From assembly GCA_036567205.1 (NCBI GenBank), contig DATCVA010000035.1, forward strand, positions 1 through 42,375: a stretch of DNA of 42,375 bases. Reading direction: 5' to 3'. Origin of the DNA: Eoetvoesiella sp. (GTDB taxonomy: Bacteria; Pseudomonadota; Gammaproteobacteria; Burkholderiales; Burkholderiaceae_B). Numbering within the stretch: the first letter of the stretch is position 1; the number at the start of each line of letters is the position of its first letter. Below are positions 28,500-39,763 of this stretch, in pieces. Under the pieces are notes generated by a model. The model was not told where the DNA came from. It did no database searches and saw nothing but the letters and a program-made list of their open reading frames with translations. A program made the translations under genes and the position numbers.

Positions 28500-29402
28500 A
28501 TGATCATGCCTTTGCTTTCACGTGCTTTGCACGCATTTATCGCTGTAGGCGAGGAGTTGCATTTTGGTCGAGCGGCAGAGCGCCTGCATGTGACTCAACC
28601 CCCATTGAGCCAACAAATCCGTCGCTTAGAGGATAAAGTGGGCGCGCATCTATTCGTACGAACGACTCGTGCGGTCAGGCTGACCCCGGCTGGCGTGGTC
28701 CTGCTGAAGAAAGCACAGCAGATGGCCGCGGATGCAGAATCAGCAATGCTCGCAACACGCCGTATCGCGGCGGGCGAGGCAGGTAATCTGGCAATAGGCT
28801 TTACAAGTACTGCCGCCTATCAATTGCTGCCAAAAGTATTGGCCGGATACAGGCTCTGGTATCCCGATGTTTCACTAAGCTTGAAGGAGGATGTCTCCAC
28901 AAACCTGGTGGAGATGCTCTTAACCGAGAAAATTGATCTCGCTTTCTTGCGTCGGTCGGCGACTGCAGCTCATAACTCTATGCTTTTTCAAAGGGTGAGC
29001 CAGGAAAATATGTGCGTCGCCATGCCGAATACACATCGTTTTGCAGCGCAGCGTGAAGTATCGGTACAAGAGTTGCACGATATTCCTTTTGTGGGATTTT
29101 CCCCGCAAGCCACGCCATACTTTCGAGAGCGGTTGCAACGTCTTTTCTTGCACTTTCAAATTCAGCCTAGAATCATGCACGAGAGCGTTATGCCAACTTT
29201 ACTGGCATTGGTAGAAGCTGGAGTTGGAGTCGCGTTGGTGCCGGAGTCAGCATCCGGGCTTCGTCCCGCAGGTGTATGTTATCGCCCGTTGGCTGGCGCT
29301 GGCGCTTTCGCGGCGATTGATCTGTATTGCGCTCAGCGCCGTGATGAACAGAATCCAGCGGTGAAAACGGTGGCGAAGGTGTTGCAAATGATGCGCTCAT
29401 AA
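28500..29402 (+). CDS. LysR-family transcriptional regulator, divergent from the Bug-amidase operon
   Basis: 300 aa with HTH FGRAAERLHVTQPPLSQQIRRLE. Confidence 0.88.
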   Translation: MIMPLLSRALHAFIAVGEELHFGRAAERLHVTQPPLSQQIRRLEDKVGAHLFVRTTRAVRLTPAGVVLLKKAQQMAADAESAMLATRRIAAGEAGNLAIGFTSTAAYQLLPKVLAGYRLWYPDVSLSLKEDVSTNLVEMLLTEKIDLAFLRRSATAAHNSMLFQRVSQENMCVAMPNTHRFAAQREVSVQELHDIPFVGFSPQATPYFRERLQRLFLHFQIQPRIMHESVMPTLLALVEAGVGVALVPESASGLRPAGVCYRPLAGAGAFAAIDLYCAQRRDEQNPAVKTVAKVLQMMRS

Positions 29403-29469
29403 TTGTCGTAACAGAGTTAGGGCGGGACTCATTCCGGCAAGAACGCGCTTATGCGACAAGCGCATAAAG

Positions 29470-29509
29470 AAAAAGCCCGGCTCATCTTGCGATGGTCGGG
29501 CTTTGTTTT
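29470..29509. terminator. Bidirectional terminator between the LysR gene and yidC
   Basis: AAAGCCCG ... CGGGCTTT stem, flanked by an A-run and TTTGTTTT. Confidence 0.7.
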
Positions 29510-29529
29510 ACAACTTATTCAGCGCAGGG

Positions 29530-31233
29530 TTAACGTGCCGCGGCTTTGGTTTCTTTATCGAGCTTGTGCATGATGTAGCGTTGCTGTGCGATCGATACGG
29601 CGTTGTTGACGCACCAGTACAGCACCAAACCAGCCGGGAAGAAGAACATCATGCCGCCGAACACCAAAGGCATAACCATCATGACCTTTGCCTGCATTGG
29701 ATCTGGAGGGGTCGGATTCAGTTTGATCTGCAAGAACATTGTGGCCATCATGATGGCGGGCAAAATGAACCACGGGTCGCGTACCGACAAATCGTGAATC
29801 CAGAGAATCCACGGTGCACCGCGCATTTCGACGCTACCAAGCAGTACCCAGTACAAAGCAATAAACACCGGTATCTGTACCACCATGGGCAGGCAGCCGC
29901 CCAGCGGATTGATTTTTTCCGTCCGGTACATCTCCATCATGGCCTGATTCAGCTTGGTCTTGTCTTCACCGAATTTTTCTTTCAGTGTTTGCAGACGCGG
30001 CGCGACTTGCTTCATTTTGGCCATCGAGCGATAGCTGGCGGCTGACAGCGGATAGAACACCAGCTTGATGAGCAACGTCAGCGCAACGATAGTCCATCCC
30101 CAGTTGCCCAGGAAGCTGTGCAACCACGCCATAAGCTGAGACAGCGGTTTGGCAATGATCGTCAGGAAACCATAGTCGACCACTACGTTGAGCCCGGGCG
30201 CAAGCGCTTGCAAGGCGTCCTGGTCTTGTGGGCCAACCCACAATTGCGATTCGACAACCAGGTGTGCTCCGGGAGCAATTGCGCCAACGGCTTCAATTGC
30301 ACGTACCGCAAATAAATTATCGGAGACTTGCAGTATTTCGTTGTGCCGGACTTTGCCTTGTGGCGGTACCCAGGCACTGACAAAATAATGCTGCACCATG
30401 GCGATCCAGCCATTGTCGGACTGCGCAACGTAACTGGCTTTACCTTTTTTAATATCCGAAAAACTGGCTTTCTGGAATTTCTCCAGATCGGAATACACTG
30501 CGGGACCGGTGAAGGTGCTGTAGAAGTGCGAGGTGTTTGGCGGATCGTTGCCGTCGCGCGTCAGTTGCAAATACAGCGAAGGCGTAATCGGTGCAGTGCC
30601 TTCATTGTAGATATCGTGCTGAACATTGATATCGTAGCGGCCTTTGTGCAAGGTATAGGTTTTAACCACCTTGACACCATCGGTTTGCGCTTCGAATACA
30701 ACTTTAAGCGAGTCACCGGTTAGCACCTGTTCTGACGAAATCAGCTTGAATGGCGTCAGATGTGTTGGGTAGCTTTGGCCCTGAGGGGCTCCTACGATGC
30801 CGGTTTGCGCCATGTATATAGAGTGGCCGGAGTTATCCAGCAGCACCATGGGCTGATCGGGGTTTTCGTCGGATTTGAACTTAAGCAGTTCGGCCTTGAC
30901 CAATTGGGCGCCCAAGGTGTCAAAGGTCAGGTCATAGACATCGGTCTTGACGTTGATTTTTTCTGACGAGCCGGCCGCAATATCCGTGTTGCCCGGGACG
31001 GCTGTATCGGTAACGGCAGCAGGGGCAGCAGCGGTTGAAGGCAGACCCGAAGGGATACTGCTGTCGGCACTCGCCGGAGCCGGGCTTGGGCTTGCGGGTG
31101 CCGTTGTCGGCTGCGTGGCGGTTGGGTTGCCGCCAAACAACGAGGGTTTACCGTTATGCACTTGCCAGTTATTCCATAGCAGCAAGAGCGAGAAAGAAAA
31201 AATCATCCAGAGGACGGTGCGTCGGATATCCAT
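29530..31233 (-). CDS. yidC: Membrane protein insertase YidC
   Basis: 567 aa. N-terminal TM (MDIRRTVLWMIFSFSLLLLW), a large periplasmic domain and a conserved C-terminal 5-TM core. It lies in the rpmH-rnpA-yidD-yidC array. Confidence 0.95.
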   Translation of the reverse strand: MDIRRTVLWMIFSFSLLLLWNNWQVHNGKPSLFGGNPTATQPTTAPASPSPAPASADSSIPSGLPSTAAAPAAVTDTAVPGNTDIAAGSSEKINVKTDVYDLTFDTLGAQLVKAELLKFKSDENPDQPMVLLDNSGHSIYMAQTGIVGAPQGQSYPTHLTPFKLISSEQVLTGDSLKVVFEAQTDGVKVVKTYTLHKGRYDINVQHDIYNEGTAPITPSLYLQLTRDGNDPPNTSHFYSTFTGPAVYSDLEKFQKASFSDIKKGKASYVAQSDNGWIAMVQHYFVSAWVPPQGKVRHNEILQVSDNLFAVRAIEAVGAIAPGAHLVVESQLWVGPQDQDALQALAPGLNVVVDYGFLTIIAKPLSQLMAWLHSFLGNWGWTIVALTLLIKLVFYPLSAASYRSMAKMKQVAPRLQTLKEKFGEDKTKLNQAMMEMYRTEKINPLGGCLPMVVQIPVFIALYWVLLGSVEMRGAPWILWIHDLSVRDPWFILPAIMMATMFLQIKLNPTPPDPMQAKVMMVMPLVFGGMMFFFPAGLVLYWCVNNAVSIAQQRYIMHKLDKETKAAAR

Positions 31234-31353
31234 AGCGCCTGTTTTAAGTTAAAGCTGAGCGAAAAGCCCACTAGTTTAACGTAGCTCAGCTGAATCAAAG
31301 TTGAGCATAAGAACGTCGGAAAAAAACCACAATATGCCGTAGGCCTTAAAAGG

Positions 31354-31587
31354 CTAGTGACATGTGTGCTTCGAGTTCGGTACCGGATCACAACCACCCG
31401 GGGACCAGGGGTGGCAACGGGCAATACGCCACGCGGCCAGTCCCAAACCACGCAAAGGCCCATGCGTTTCGATAGCTTCGATAGCATAGGCAGAGCATGT
31501 TGGGGTAAAACGACAGCTTTGTCCCAGCCAGGGACTAAGAAAATATCGATAAAACCGGATAGGGGCGATAAGAATGGCTTTAATCAT
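31354..31587 (-). CDS. yidD: Membrane protein insertion efficiency factor YidD
   Basis: 77 aa with [29 protein letters not shown], the YidD hallmark. Confidence 0.93.
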   Translation of the reverse strand: MIKAILIAPIRFYRYFLSPWLGQSCRFTPTCSAYAIEAIETHGPLRGLGLAAWRIARCHPWSPGGCDPVPNSKHTCH

Positions 31588-31946
31588 CGCATTGCCCGCT
31601 GCAATAGAGCGTCTGCTTCGGTGCGTACGAGCTTTTTAAGCTCGGTGAGCGAGAAGGGGCCCACCTTGGAATGCAGCCGAAACACAAAGTCGCATTGCGG
31701 TAATTCGTGCCGTTTGGTTCGAAACGCTTCACGAATAACGCGTTTGATGGCGTTTCGGGTAACGGCTTTTGCGGCAAAACGCTTGGCAATGATTAGTCCC
31801 AATCGTGCCTGCGTCGCATCTGCCTGGACTTCGCGTGGTGTAGTTACAACAAACAAAGCCCCTCTGGCGATGCGTTTACCCTTAAGGGCAGAGGCATATT
31901 CCGAGGGGCGGTGCAAGCGCGCCGCTGGAGTGAGCGTGGCACGCAT
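31584..31946 (-). CDS. rnpA: Ribonuclease P protein component RnpA
   Basis: RnpA-like basic protein ([29 protein letters not shown]). The ATG at 31946 is preferred; an alternative TTG lies at 31961. Confidence 0.9.
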   Translation of the reverse strand: MRATLTPAARLHRPSEYASALKGKRIARGALFVVTTPREVQADATQARLGLIIAKRFAAKAVTRNAIKRVIREAFRTKRHELPQCDFVFRLHSKVGPFSLTELKKLVRTEADALLQRAMR

Positions 31947-31999
31947 GGGCGTTGGCGCCAACAGACAACTAATTGGGGCGACAGCCTTTGCTGACCTGA

Positions 32000-32134
32000 C
32001 TAAACGGCCAGGCGCTTGCGACCCTTGGCACGGCGCGCGTTAATAACGGCGCGGCCACCGCGTGTTTTCATACGGACGCGAAAACCGTGGGTACGCTTGC
32101 GGCGAGTAACGGATGTTTGGAAAGTGCGTTTCAT
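32000..32134 (-). CDS. rpmH: 50S ribosomal protein L34
   Basis: Not in the ORF track because it is under 60 aa. My manual translation gives [44 protein letters not shown] followed by a stop. Confidence 0.93.
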   Translation of the reverse strand: MKRTFQTSVTRRKRTHGFRVRMKTRGGRAVINARRAKGRKRLAV

Positions 32135-32137
32135 GGA

Positions 32138-32146
32138 TTATCCAAA
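32138..32146 (+). promoter_or_regulatory. DnaA box, 8/9 (TTATCCAAA), in the rpmH-dnaA spacer
   Basis: One mismatch to TTATCCACA, adjacent to the rpmH start. Confidence 0.35.
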
Positions 32147-32284
32147 TAAAAGAGCTACTAGAAACGCGCCTTGAAATAGGTGTTCCTAGTGTTAGAAATT
32201 CTTGTAAAGCCCACTATTTCATCAAACTATTCCCGATTAGTCAAATGGTTAGCAGTAATACCAAGCGTTATTACTATCTACCCT

Positions 32285-32293
32285 TGTGGATAA
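32285..32293 (-). promoter_or_regulatory. DnaA box, perfect 9/9 (TGTGGATAA on + strand), about 47 nt upstream of the dnaA ATG
   Basis: Exact consensus flanked by direct CTACCC repeats. This position is typical for dnaA autoregulation. Confidence 0.6.
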
Positions 32294-32339
32294 CTACCCG
32301 CGCGACAGGGTAGAATCGAGGTTTACAAAAGTGGTGGAC

Positions 32340-33761
32340 ATGAAAGATTTTTGGCAGACTTGCGTCCAGCGCCTGGAGCAAGAACTCCCCCCGCAGCAAA
32401 TTAGTGCCTGGATACGGCCATTGGTTCCCCTTGCGTTCGATGATGCGCAGGCGGTGCTACGGGTGTCTGCGCCTAATCGTTTTAAATTAGACTGGGTACG
32501 CAAGAACTTCTCGCGTCAAATCGAAGATCTTGCCTCCGAATGGTACGAGCGCCCGGTACAAGTCGCATTTGAATTGGCCGCGGCCTCTGGGGCGACGCAT
32601 CGCGCAGCGGCGCCCGTGCAGGCTAACGGGCAGTCGGCATCAACATTTGATGCAAGCACAACATCGCGTGCCAGCACCCAGGCGGCGACACCGGTTGCGG
32701 CGGCGGTCAATGCGGCAGCGGCTGAAATCATGCACGATCGCTCGCGCCTTAATACCGACCTTACGTTCGATAACTTCGTTACGGGAAAGGCGAATCAACT
32801 GGCACGCGCAGCAGCATTGCAAGTGGCTGAAAACCCCGGTGTGTCATATAACCCGCTGTTTTTATATGGCGGCGTGGGACTGGGTAAAACTCACTTGATT
32901 CACGCCATCGGCAATGCACTGCTTGCCAACGGTACCGGTACGCGCGTGCGCTATGTGCACGCCGACCAATACGTATCCGATGTGGTCAAGGCCTATCAGC
33001 GCAAGGCATTTGATGAGTTCAAGCGTTACTACCATTCACTCGACTTATTGCTGATCGACGATATTCAATTTTTTGCCGGCAAGAATCGTACGCAAGAAGA
33101 ATTCTTTTATGCGTTCGAGGCGATGGTCGCACAGCGCAAACAAATCATTATTACGTCCGATACCTATCCAAAGGAATTGGCTAATATCGATAGCCGGCTA
33201 ATTTCGCGTTTCGATTCGGGCTTAACGGTAGCCATCGAGCCTCCCGAACTTGAGATGCGCGTGGCTATCTTGCTGCGCAAAGCCGAGACCGAGGGCGTGA
33301 CCATGCCCGAAGAAGTCGCCTTCTTCATTGCCAAGCATCTGCGCAGTAATGTGCGCGAGCTGGAAGGGGCATTGCGCAAGGTGTCTGCGTACGCACGTTT
33401 TCATGGCCGCGAAGTGCTTACTGTTGAAGTCTGCAAAGATGCGCTGAAAGACTTGCTGTCGGTATCGAACGGACAAATCACGGTTGAAAATATCCAGAAA
33501 ACCGTGGCTGATTTTTATAAGATCAAAGTCGCTGACATGTATTCGAAGCGGCGTCCTGCCAATATTGCATTACCCCGTCAGATCGCCATGTATCTGGCCA
33601 AAGAGCTAACCCAAAAAAGCTTGCCCGAAATCGGCGATCTGTTTGGTGGCCGCGACCACACAACCGTGCTTCACGCAGTACGTAAAATCTCCGATGCCCG
33701 GTCCAAGCAAACCGAACTTAACCATTCTTTACACGTATTAGAACAAACCTTAAAAGGATAA
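32340..33761 (+). CDS. dnaA: Chromosomal replication initiator protein DnaA
   Basis: [29 protein letters not shown]-terminus, Walker [19 protein letters not shown] and C-terminal DNA-binding HTTVLHA. The ATG at 32340 is preferred over the GTG at 32286, which lies inside the DnaA box. Confidence 0.96.
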   Translation: MKDFWQTCVQRLEQELPPQQISAWIRPLVPLAFDDAQAVLRVSAPNRFKLDWVRKNFSRQIEDLASEWYERPVQVAFELAAASGATHRAAAPVQANGQSASTFDASTTSRASTQAATPVAAAVNAAAAEIMHDRSRLNTDLTFDNFVTGKANQLARAAALQVAENPGVSYNPLFLYGGVGLGKTHLIHAIGNALLANGTGTRVRYVHADQYVSDVVKAYQRKAFDEFKRYYHSLDLLLIDDIQFFAGKNRTQEEFFYAFEAMVAQRKQIIITSDTYPKELANIDSRLISRFDSGLTVAIEPPELEMRVAILLRKAETEGVTMPEEVAFFIAKHLRSNVRELEGALRKVSAYARFHGREVLTVEVCKDALKDLLSVSNGQITVENIQKTVADFYKIKVADMYSKRRPANIALPRQIAMYLAKELTQKSLPEIGDLFGGRDHTTVLHAVRKISDARSKQTELNHSLHVLEQTLKG

Positions 33762-33763
33762 CC

Positions 33764-34873
33764 ATGCAACTCGTACAAACGACTCGCGATGCATTGTTGA
33801 AGCCGTTATCAACGGTGGCGGGAATTGTCGAACGACGCAACACACTGCCTATATTGGCAAATATTTTGCTGCGCAAAGAAGGCAACAACGTTGCATTTAT
33901 CGCAACCGACCTCGAAGTACAGATCACCACACATGCCGAATTCGGCGTGGGCGACGACAACGAGTCCATCACGGTTGCCGCACGTAAATTGCTCGACATT
34001 CTGCGTGCCTTGCCCGAGTCGGGCGACGTTAAGCTGGGCTTGGCCAGTGCCAAGTTATCCGTTCAATCCGGTAAAAGCCGGTTCGCATTGCAAACCATGG
34101 GCGCGGCCGAATTTCCGACCCTGTCGCAACCCGAAAAATGGGATGTATCGCTGACATTGCCGCAAAAGACGCTTAAGCACCTGTTCAATATGGTGCATTT
34201 TGCGATGGCGCAGCAAGACATCCGTTACTACTTGAATGGCCTGCTTTTTGTTTTTGAGCCAGGGTTTGTGCGCGCTGTGGCGACCGACGGTCACCGCCTG
34301 GCGCATAGCGGTACGGCTGTTGACGGCATTACTCAAAAGCACGACGTTATCGTGCCCCGTAAAACGGTATTGGAAATGCAGCGTTTGCTTGCCGATACCG
34401 ACGAGCCCGTGTCCATCGACGTGGCTCCGGGTCAGATTCGGTTTCAGTTCGGCGATGTCGAGCTCGTTTCCAAATTGGTCGAGGGTAAATTCCCCGACTT
34501 TACGCGTGTCATTCCCACCAACTACACACGCCACTTTTCAGTAAGTCGCGAACTGCTGCAAGGCAGCTTGCAGCGTGCCGCTATTCTTACGACCGACAAA
34601 CTTAAAGGGGTTCGCATTCAGCTGTCCGATCATCAGCTAAAAATTTCCTCGTCCAATGCCGAACAAGAAGAAGCACAAGAAGAAATTGATATCGACTACA
34701 GTCATGAACCACTGGATGTTGGCTTTAACGTCAGCTATTTGCTGGATGTTCTGGCCAATGTCAAAACCGAGACTCTTCAATGGTCTGTTCAGCCCGATGT
34801 GAATGCGTCGGCATTAATCACCTCGCCCGAGGATGATCAGTTCAAGTATGTCGTTATGCCAATGCGCATCTAA
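33764..34873 (+). CDS. dnaN: DNA polymerase III beta sliding clamp DnaN
   Basis: 369 aa. Starts 2 nt after the dnaA stop, with a typical clamp N-terminus (LLKPLSTVAGIVERRNTLPILANILL). Confidence 0.95.
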   Translation: MQLVQTTRDALLKPLSTVAGIVERRNTLPILANILLRKEGNNVAFIATDLEVQITTHAEFGVGDDNESITVAARKLLDILRALPESGDVKLGLASAKLSVQSGKSRFALQTMGAAEFPTLSQPEKWDVSLTLPQKTLKHLFNMVHFAMAQQDIRYYLNGLLFVFEPGFVRAVATDGHRLAHSGTAVDGITQKHDVIVPRKTVLEMQRLLADTDEPVSIDVAPGQIRFQFGDVELVSKLVEGKFPDFTRVIPTNYTRHFSVSRELLQGSLQRAAILTTDKLKGVRIQLSDHQLKISSSNAEQEEAQEEIDIDYSHEPLDVGFNVSYLLDVLANVKTETLQWSVQPDVNASALITSPEDDQFKYVVMPMRI

Positions 34874-34951
34874 GCGCGCTGGAGTCAACGTCTAGATTCG
34901 GCCGGCGCCGCGGTGGCGCCTGCCGTTTCAACAGCCGCAAGGCTTATATAA

Positions 34952-37417
<2,466 letters not shown>

Positions 37418-37451
37418 TTTTTGTTGTAGGTGAAGGCATAAGCTGAGAATC

Positions 37452-37492
37452 CGAGGCCCATAAGTTGAGAAGCTTGTGGGCCTCGTGCTTTT
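37452..37492 (+). terminator. Rho-independent terminator of gyrB
   Basis: CGAGGCCCA / TGGGCCTCG arms, extendable to about 13 bp, followed by TGCTTTT. Confidence 0.75.
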
Positions 37493-37530
37493 GATCAACT
37501 TTGTTCGCTATTGCCGGTAGCTATTGAGCA

Positions 37531-37680
37531 TCATTGAACAGACAGCTGAAGGTGCTTGCCCGCTCGCGTCAGCATGTCCACCAATGCATCAATGGTGAAT
37601 TTAATGGTCTTTCTGTTGATCAGGTCGGAAATTCTCGGACGTGTTGTCCCAAGAATTTCCGCTTCTTCCGTTTCGAACCT
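37531..37680 (-). pseudogene. Relic of an XRE-family (HTH_37/HigA-like antitoxin type) gene; only the C-terminal HTH half remains
   Basis: My manual translation gives RFETEEAEILGTTRPRISDLINRKTIKFTIDALVDMLTRAGKHLQLSVQ followed by a stop. It is bounded upstream by an in-frame TGA (37681-37683) with no usable start codon. The N-terminal half is absent, and the hdeD stop is only 34 nt away. Confidence 0.45.
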
Positions 37681-37716
37681 TCAGTGTATGCGCGTAGATA
37701 TGCCAGGTTCGTCTGC

Positions 37717-38313
37717 TTATTTCACCAAGTCGATTTCCTGGCGTCGCAACGCCATCCCCAGCATCATGAGCATCAGGCCTTGGAAGATCAGGTCGATGGC
37801 AAGCAGCAACCCGAGCACCCATACGCTGTTGCCGGGCCAGCCTGCTGCGATGGCAAGACCCGCTAGCAGTGTCACAATGCCAGACAGGGCCAGCCACTGC
37901 CAGCCTGGCTGTGCCCGGTTTTGAAACCATATCCACAGACGGAATGCTCCTGATCCAATCAGCGTTGCGCCCAGAAGCAACGTGAGTACCGCAGCGCCTG
38001 TCAAGGGGTTATAGAACGCAAGTAACCCCGCCCCCAGGTACAAGATGCCGCTGATCGTCCAGAACAGGAAGCTGGTCCATCCTTTTACACGCCATGCGTT
38101 GATCAGCATGCCGACACCCGCAAACAGCATAAGGGTTCCAACGAAAATCACGCTGACAAGGGTCGCCGTCAGAACATGATAAGAGGCGGCAAAGCCAACG
38201 ATAAGAAGGAACAGACCAAGCCCCAAAAACCATTTCCATTTTGCGCGCACCGCATCAAGGGGATGTGTATCGCGTGCGTAAGAGTGCTTATCGTCAGGAG
38301 TGAGTTCGCTCAT
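37717..38313 (-). CDS. hdeD: HdeD-family (DUF308) membrane protein
   Basis: 198 aa with six predicted TM helices and the repeated G-rich helix pattern typical of HdeD/DUF308. Confidence 0.7.
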   Translation of the reverse strand: MSELTPDDKHSYARDTHPLDAVRAKWKWFLGLGLFLLIVGFAASYHVLTATLVSVIFVGTLMLFAGVGMLINAWRVKGWTSFLFWTISGILYLGAGLLAFYNPLTGAAVLTLLLGATLIGSGAFRLWIWFQNRAQPGWQWLALSGIVTLLAGLAIAAGWPGNSVWVLGLLLAIDLIFQGLMLMMLGMALRRQEIDLVK

Positions 38314-38788
38314 GTTGGCCCTTTCTGTTTCGGTTTCAATCGGTTATCGACCATCCAGCCTAGGCACCACCTACGCGGAGGGCGTCTTATGTTGCTGATA
38401 GTACACGGCGAAGATGACTAAGTGCGAAGTGCGGCCATAACTTAGTGCTTGTTGAATATCATCGCCTCTGCCCGTTCATATGGTCTGCGAAACTCTATTG
38501 AACTGGACATTTCTATTCAGCAGATACCGAACATTTTCACGTTGCACCAATATAAAATTTTATCCCCTCTTGCCATCAAGCTCCAATTCATCGATAATTT
38601 TGCATATCTTTGTATACAAATATATTTCGCCGGATGTCTATCAAAAAATAACACTCAAGCCAACCTCGCCAAGCTTCACTGGGAAAACGGCGCCGGTAAT
38701 TTGATAAGCACCAAAGAAGCAATACTTATTTAATCTGCGGATAAAAGCCAGATATAGGCTTACACCGCTATACCCAAAGGAGATGGAG

Positions 38789-39763
38789 ATGAAGAAAGTT
38801 TCGACAGTCAAAGTGTTTTTAGGCGCCATAGCAATGGCGGCAAGTTCCCTGACTTTTGCCCAGCCGTATCCAAATCATGCGATTTCAATGATTACACCCT
38901 TTCCGCCCGGCGGTGCCGCTGACGTGGTGTTACGTTTGATCGCGGAACGCTTAACCGAGTCGTTCAAGTCCCCGGTGGTGGTAGAAAACAAAGGCGGTGC
39001 GGGGGGCGCTATTGGCACCGCGTTCGTGGCACGCGCCGCACCCGACGGCTATACCTTGCTGCTGACATCGTCCAGCACCATGTCCATCAACCCGCAGCTA
39101 CGGGCTCAGCCTCCCTATGACCCCTTCAAGGACTTTACGCCCATCGCTCTGGTGGGAACTTCGCCCAATGTGTTGGTGGTGAATTCATCCCTGCCGATCA
39201 ACTCGGTCAGCGACTTAATCGCCGCCGCCAAGAAGCAGCCTGGAGGACTAAATTTTGCCTCGAACGGTATCGGCACATTAAGCCACCTTACCGGCGAGCT
39301 ATTCGAGCAAACGGCGGATATTGAAATGTTGCACGTGCCCTATAAGGGCGCGGCGCCCGCAGTTGCCGACACTGCGGGTGGGCAAGTGGCCGCCTTGTTC
39401 GCCGCGTATGCCAGTGTAGCGCCCATGGTGGAATCCAAAAAACTGCGGGCGTTAGGCGTGACTAGTGCGAAACGAATCAGTGTCGCCCCCGATCTGCCAA
39501 CCATCGCCGAATCAGGCTTGTCAGGGTTCGAGTCCAACCAGTGGTGGGGTATTTGGGGGCCCGCCGGTCTGCCCGAATCCATTGTGTCCAAAATCAATAC
39601 GGAGGTGAACAAAGTCTTGCAAGACCCTGAAGTGAAGAAGCGCTTCGCCCAGGAATCCGTCGAGCTCACTGGCGGCACGCCCCAAGAACTCACCGATTAT
39701 CTGCGCACAGACTACGACAAATGGACCGCCGTCATTAAAGCAGCGGGGATCAAGGCCGAATAA
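38789..39763 (+). CDS. Bug-family (TctC-like) periplasmic solute-binding protein
   Basis: Signal peptide MKKVSTVKVFLGAIAMAASSLTFAQPYPNHAISMITPFPPGG. AGGAG lies 6 nt upstream of the ATG at 38789. Confidence 0.88.
   Translation: MKKVSTVKVFLGAIAMAASSLTFAQPYPNHAISMITPFPPGGAADVVLRLIAERLTESFKSPVVVENKGGAGGAIGTAFVARAAPDGYTLLLTSSSTMSINPQLRAQPPYDPFKDFTPIALVGTSPNVLVVNSSLPINSVSDLIAAAKKQPGGLNFASNGIGTLSHLTGELFEQTADIEMLHVPYKGAAPAVADTAGGQVAALFAAYASVAPMVESKKLRALGVTSAKRISVAPDLPTIAESGLSGFESNQWWGIWGPAGLPESIVSKINTEVNKVLQDPEVKKRFAQESVELTGGTPQELTDYLRTDYDKWTAVIKAAGIKAE

Noticed and set aside
31253-31291. 8-bp inverted repeat AGCTGAGC ... GCTCAGCT in the yidD-yidC spacer, considered as a terminator or attenuator.
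   Set aside because: The loop is 23 nt long and no U-run follows. The yidD-yidC genes are normally co-transcribed, so this is too weak to call.
31357-32043. 228-aa plus-strand ORF spanning yidD, rnpA and part of rpmH.
   Set aside because: The opposite strand encodes three universally conserved proteins with textbook sequences. The Arg/Ala-rich product is an antisense artefact.
37534-37936. Plus-strand ORFs 37534..37866 and 37556..37924, and minus-strand ORF 37601..37936.
   Set aside because: They are antisense to, or out of frame with, the XRE relic and the 3' half of hdeD. Their Arg/Cys-rich sequences do not look protein-like.
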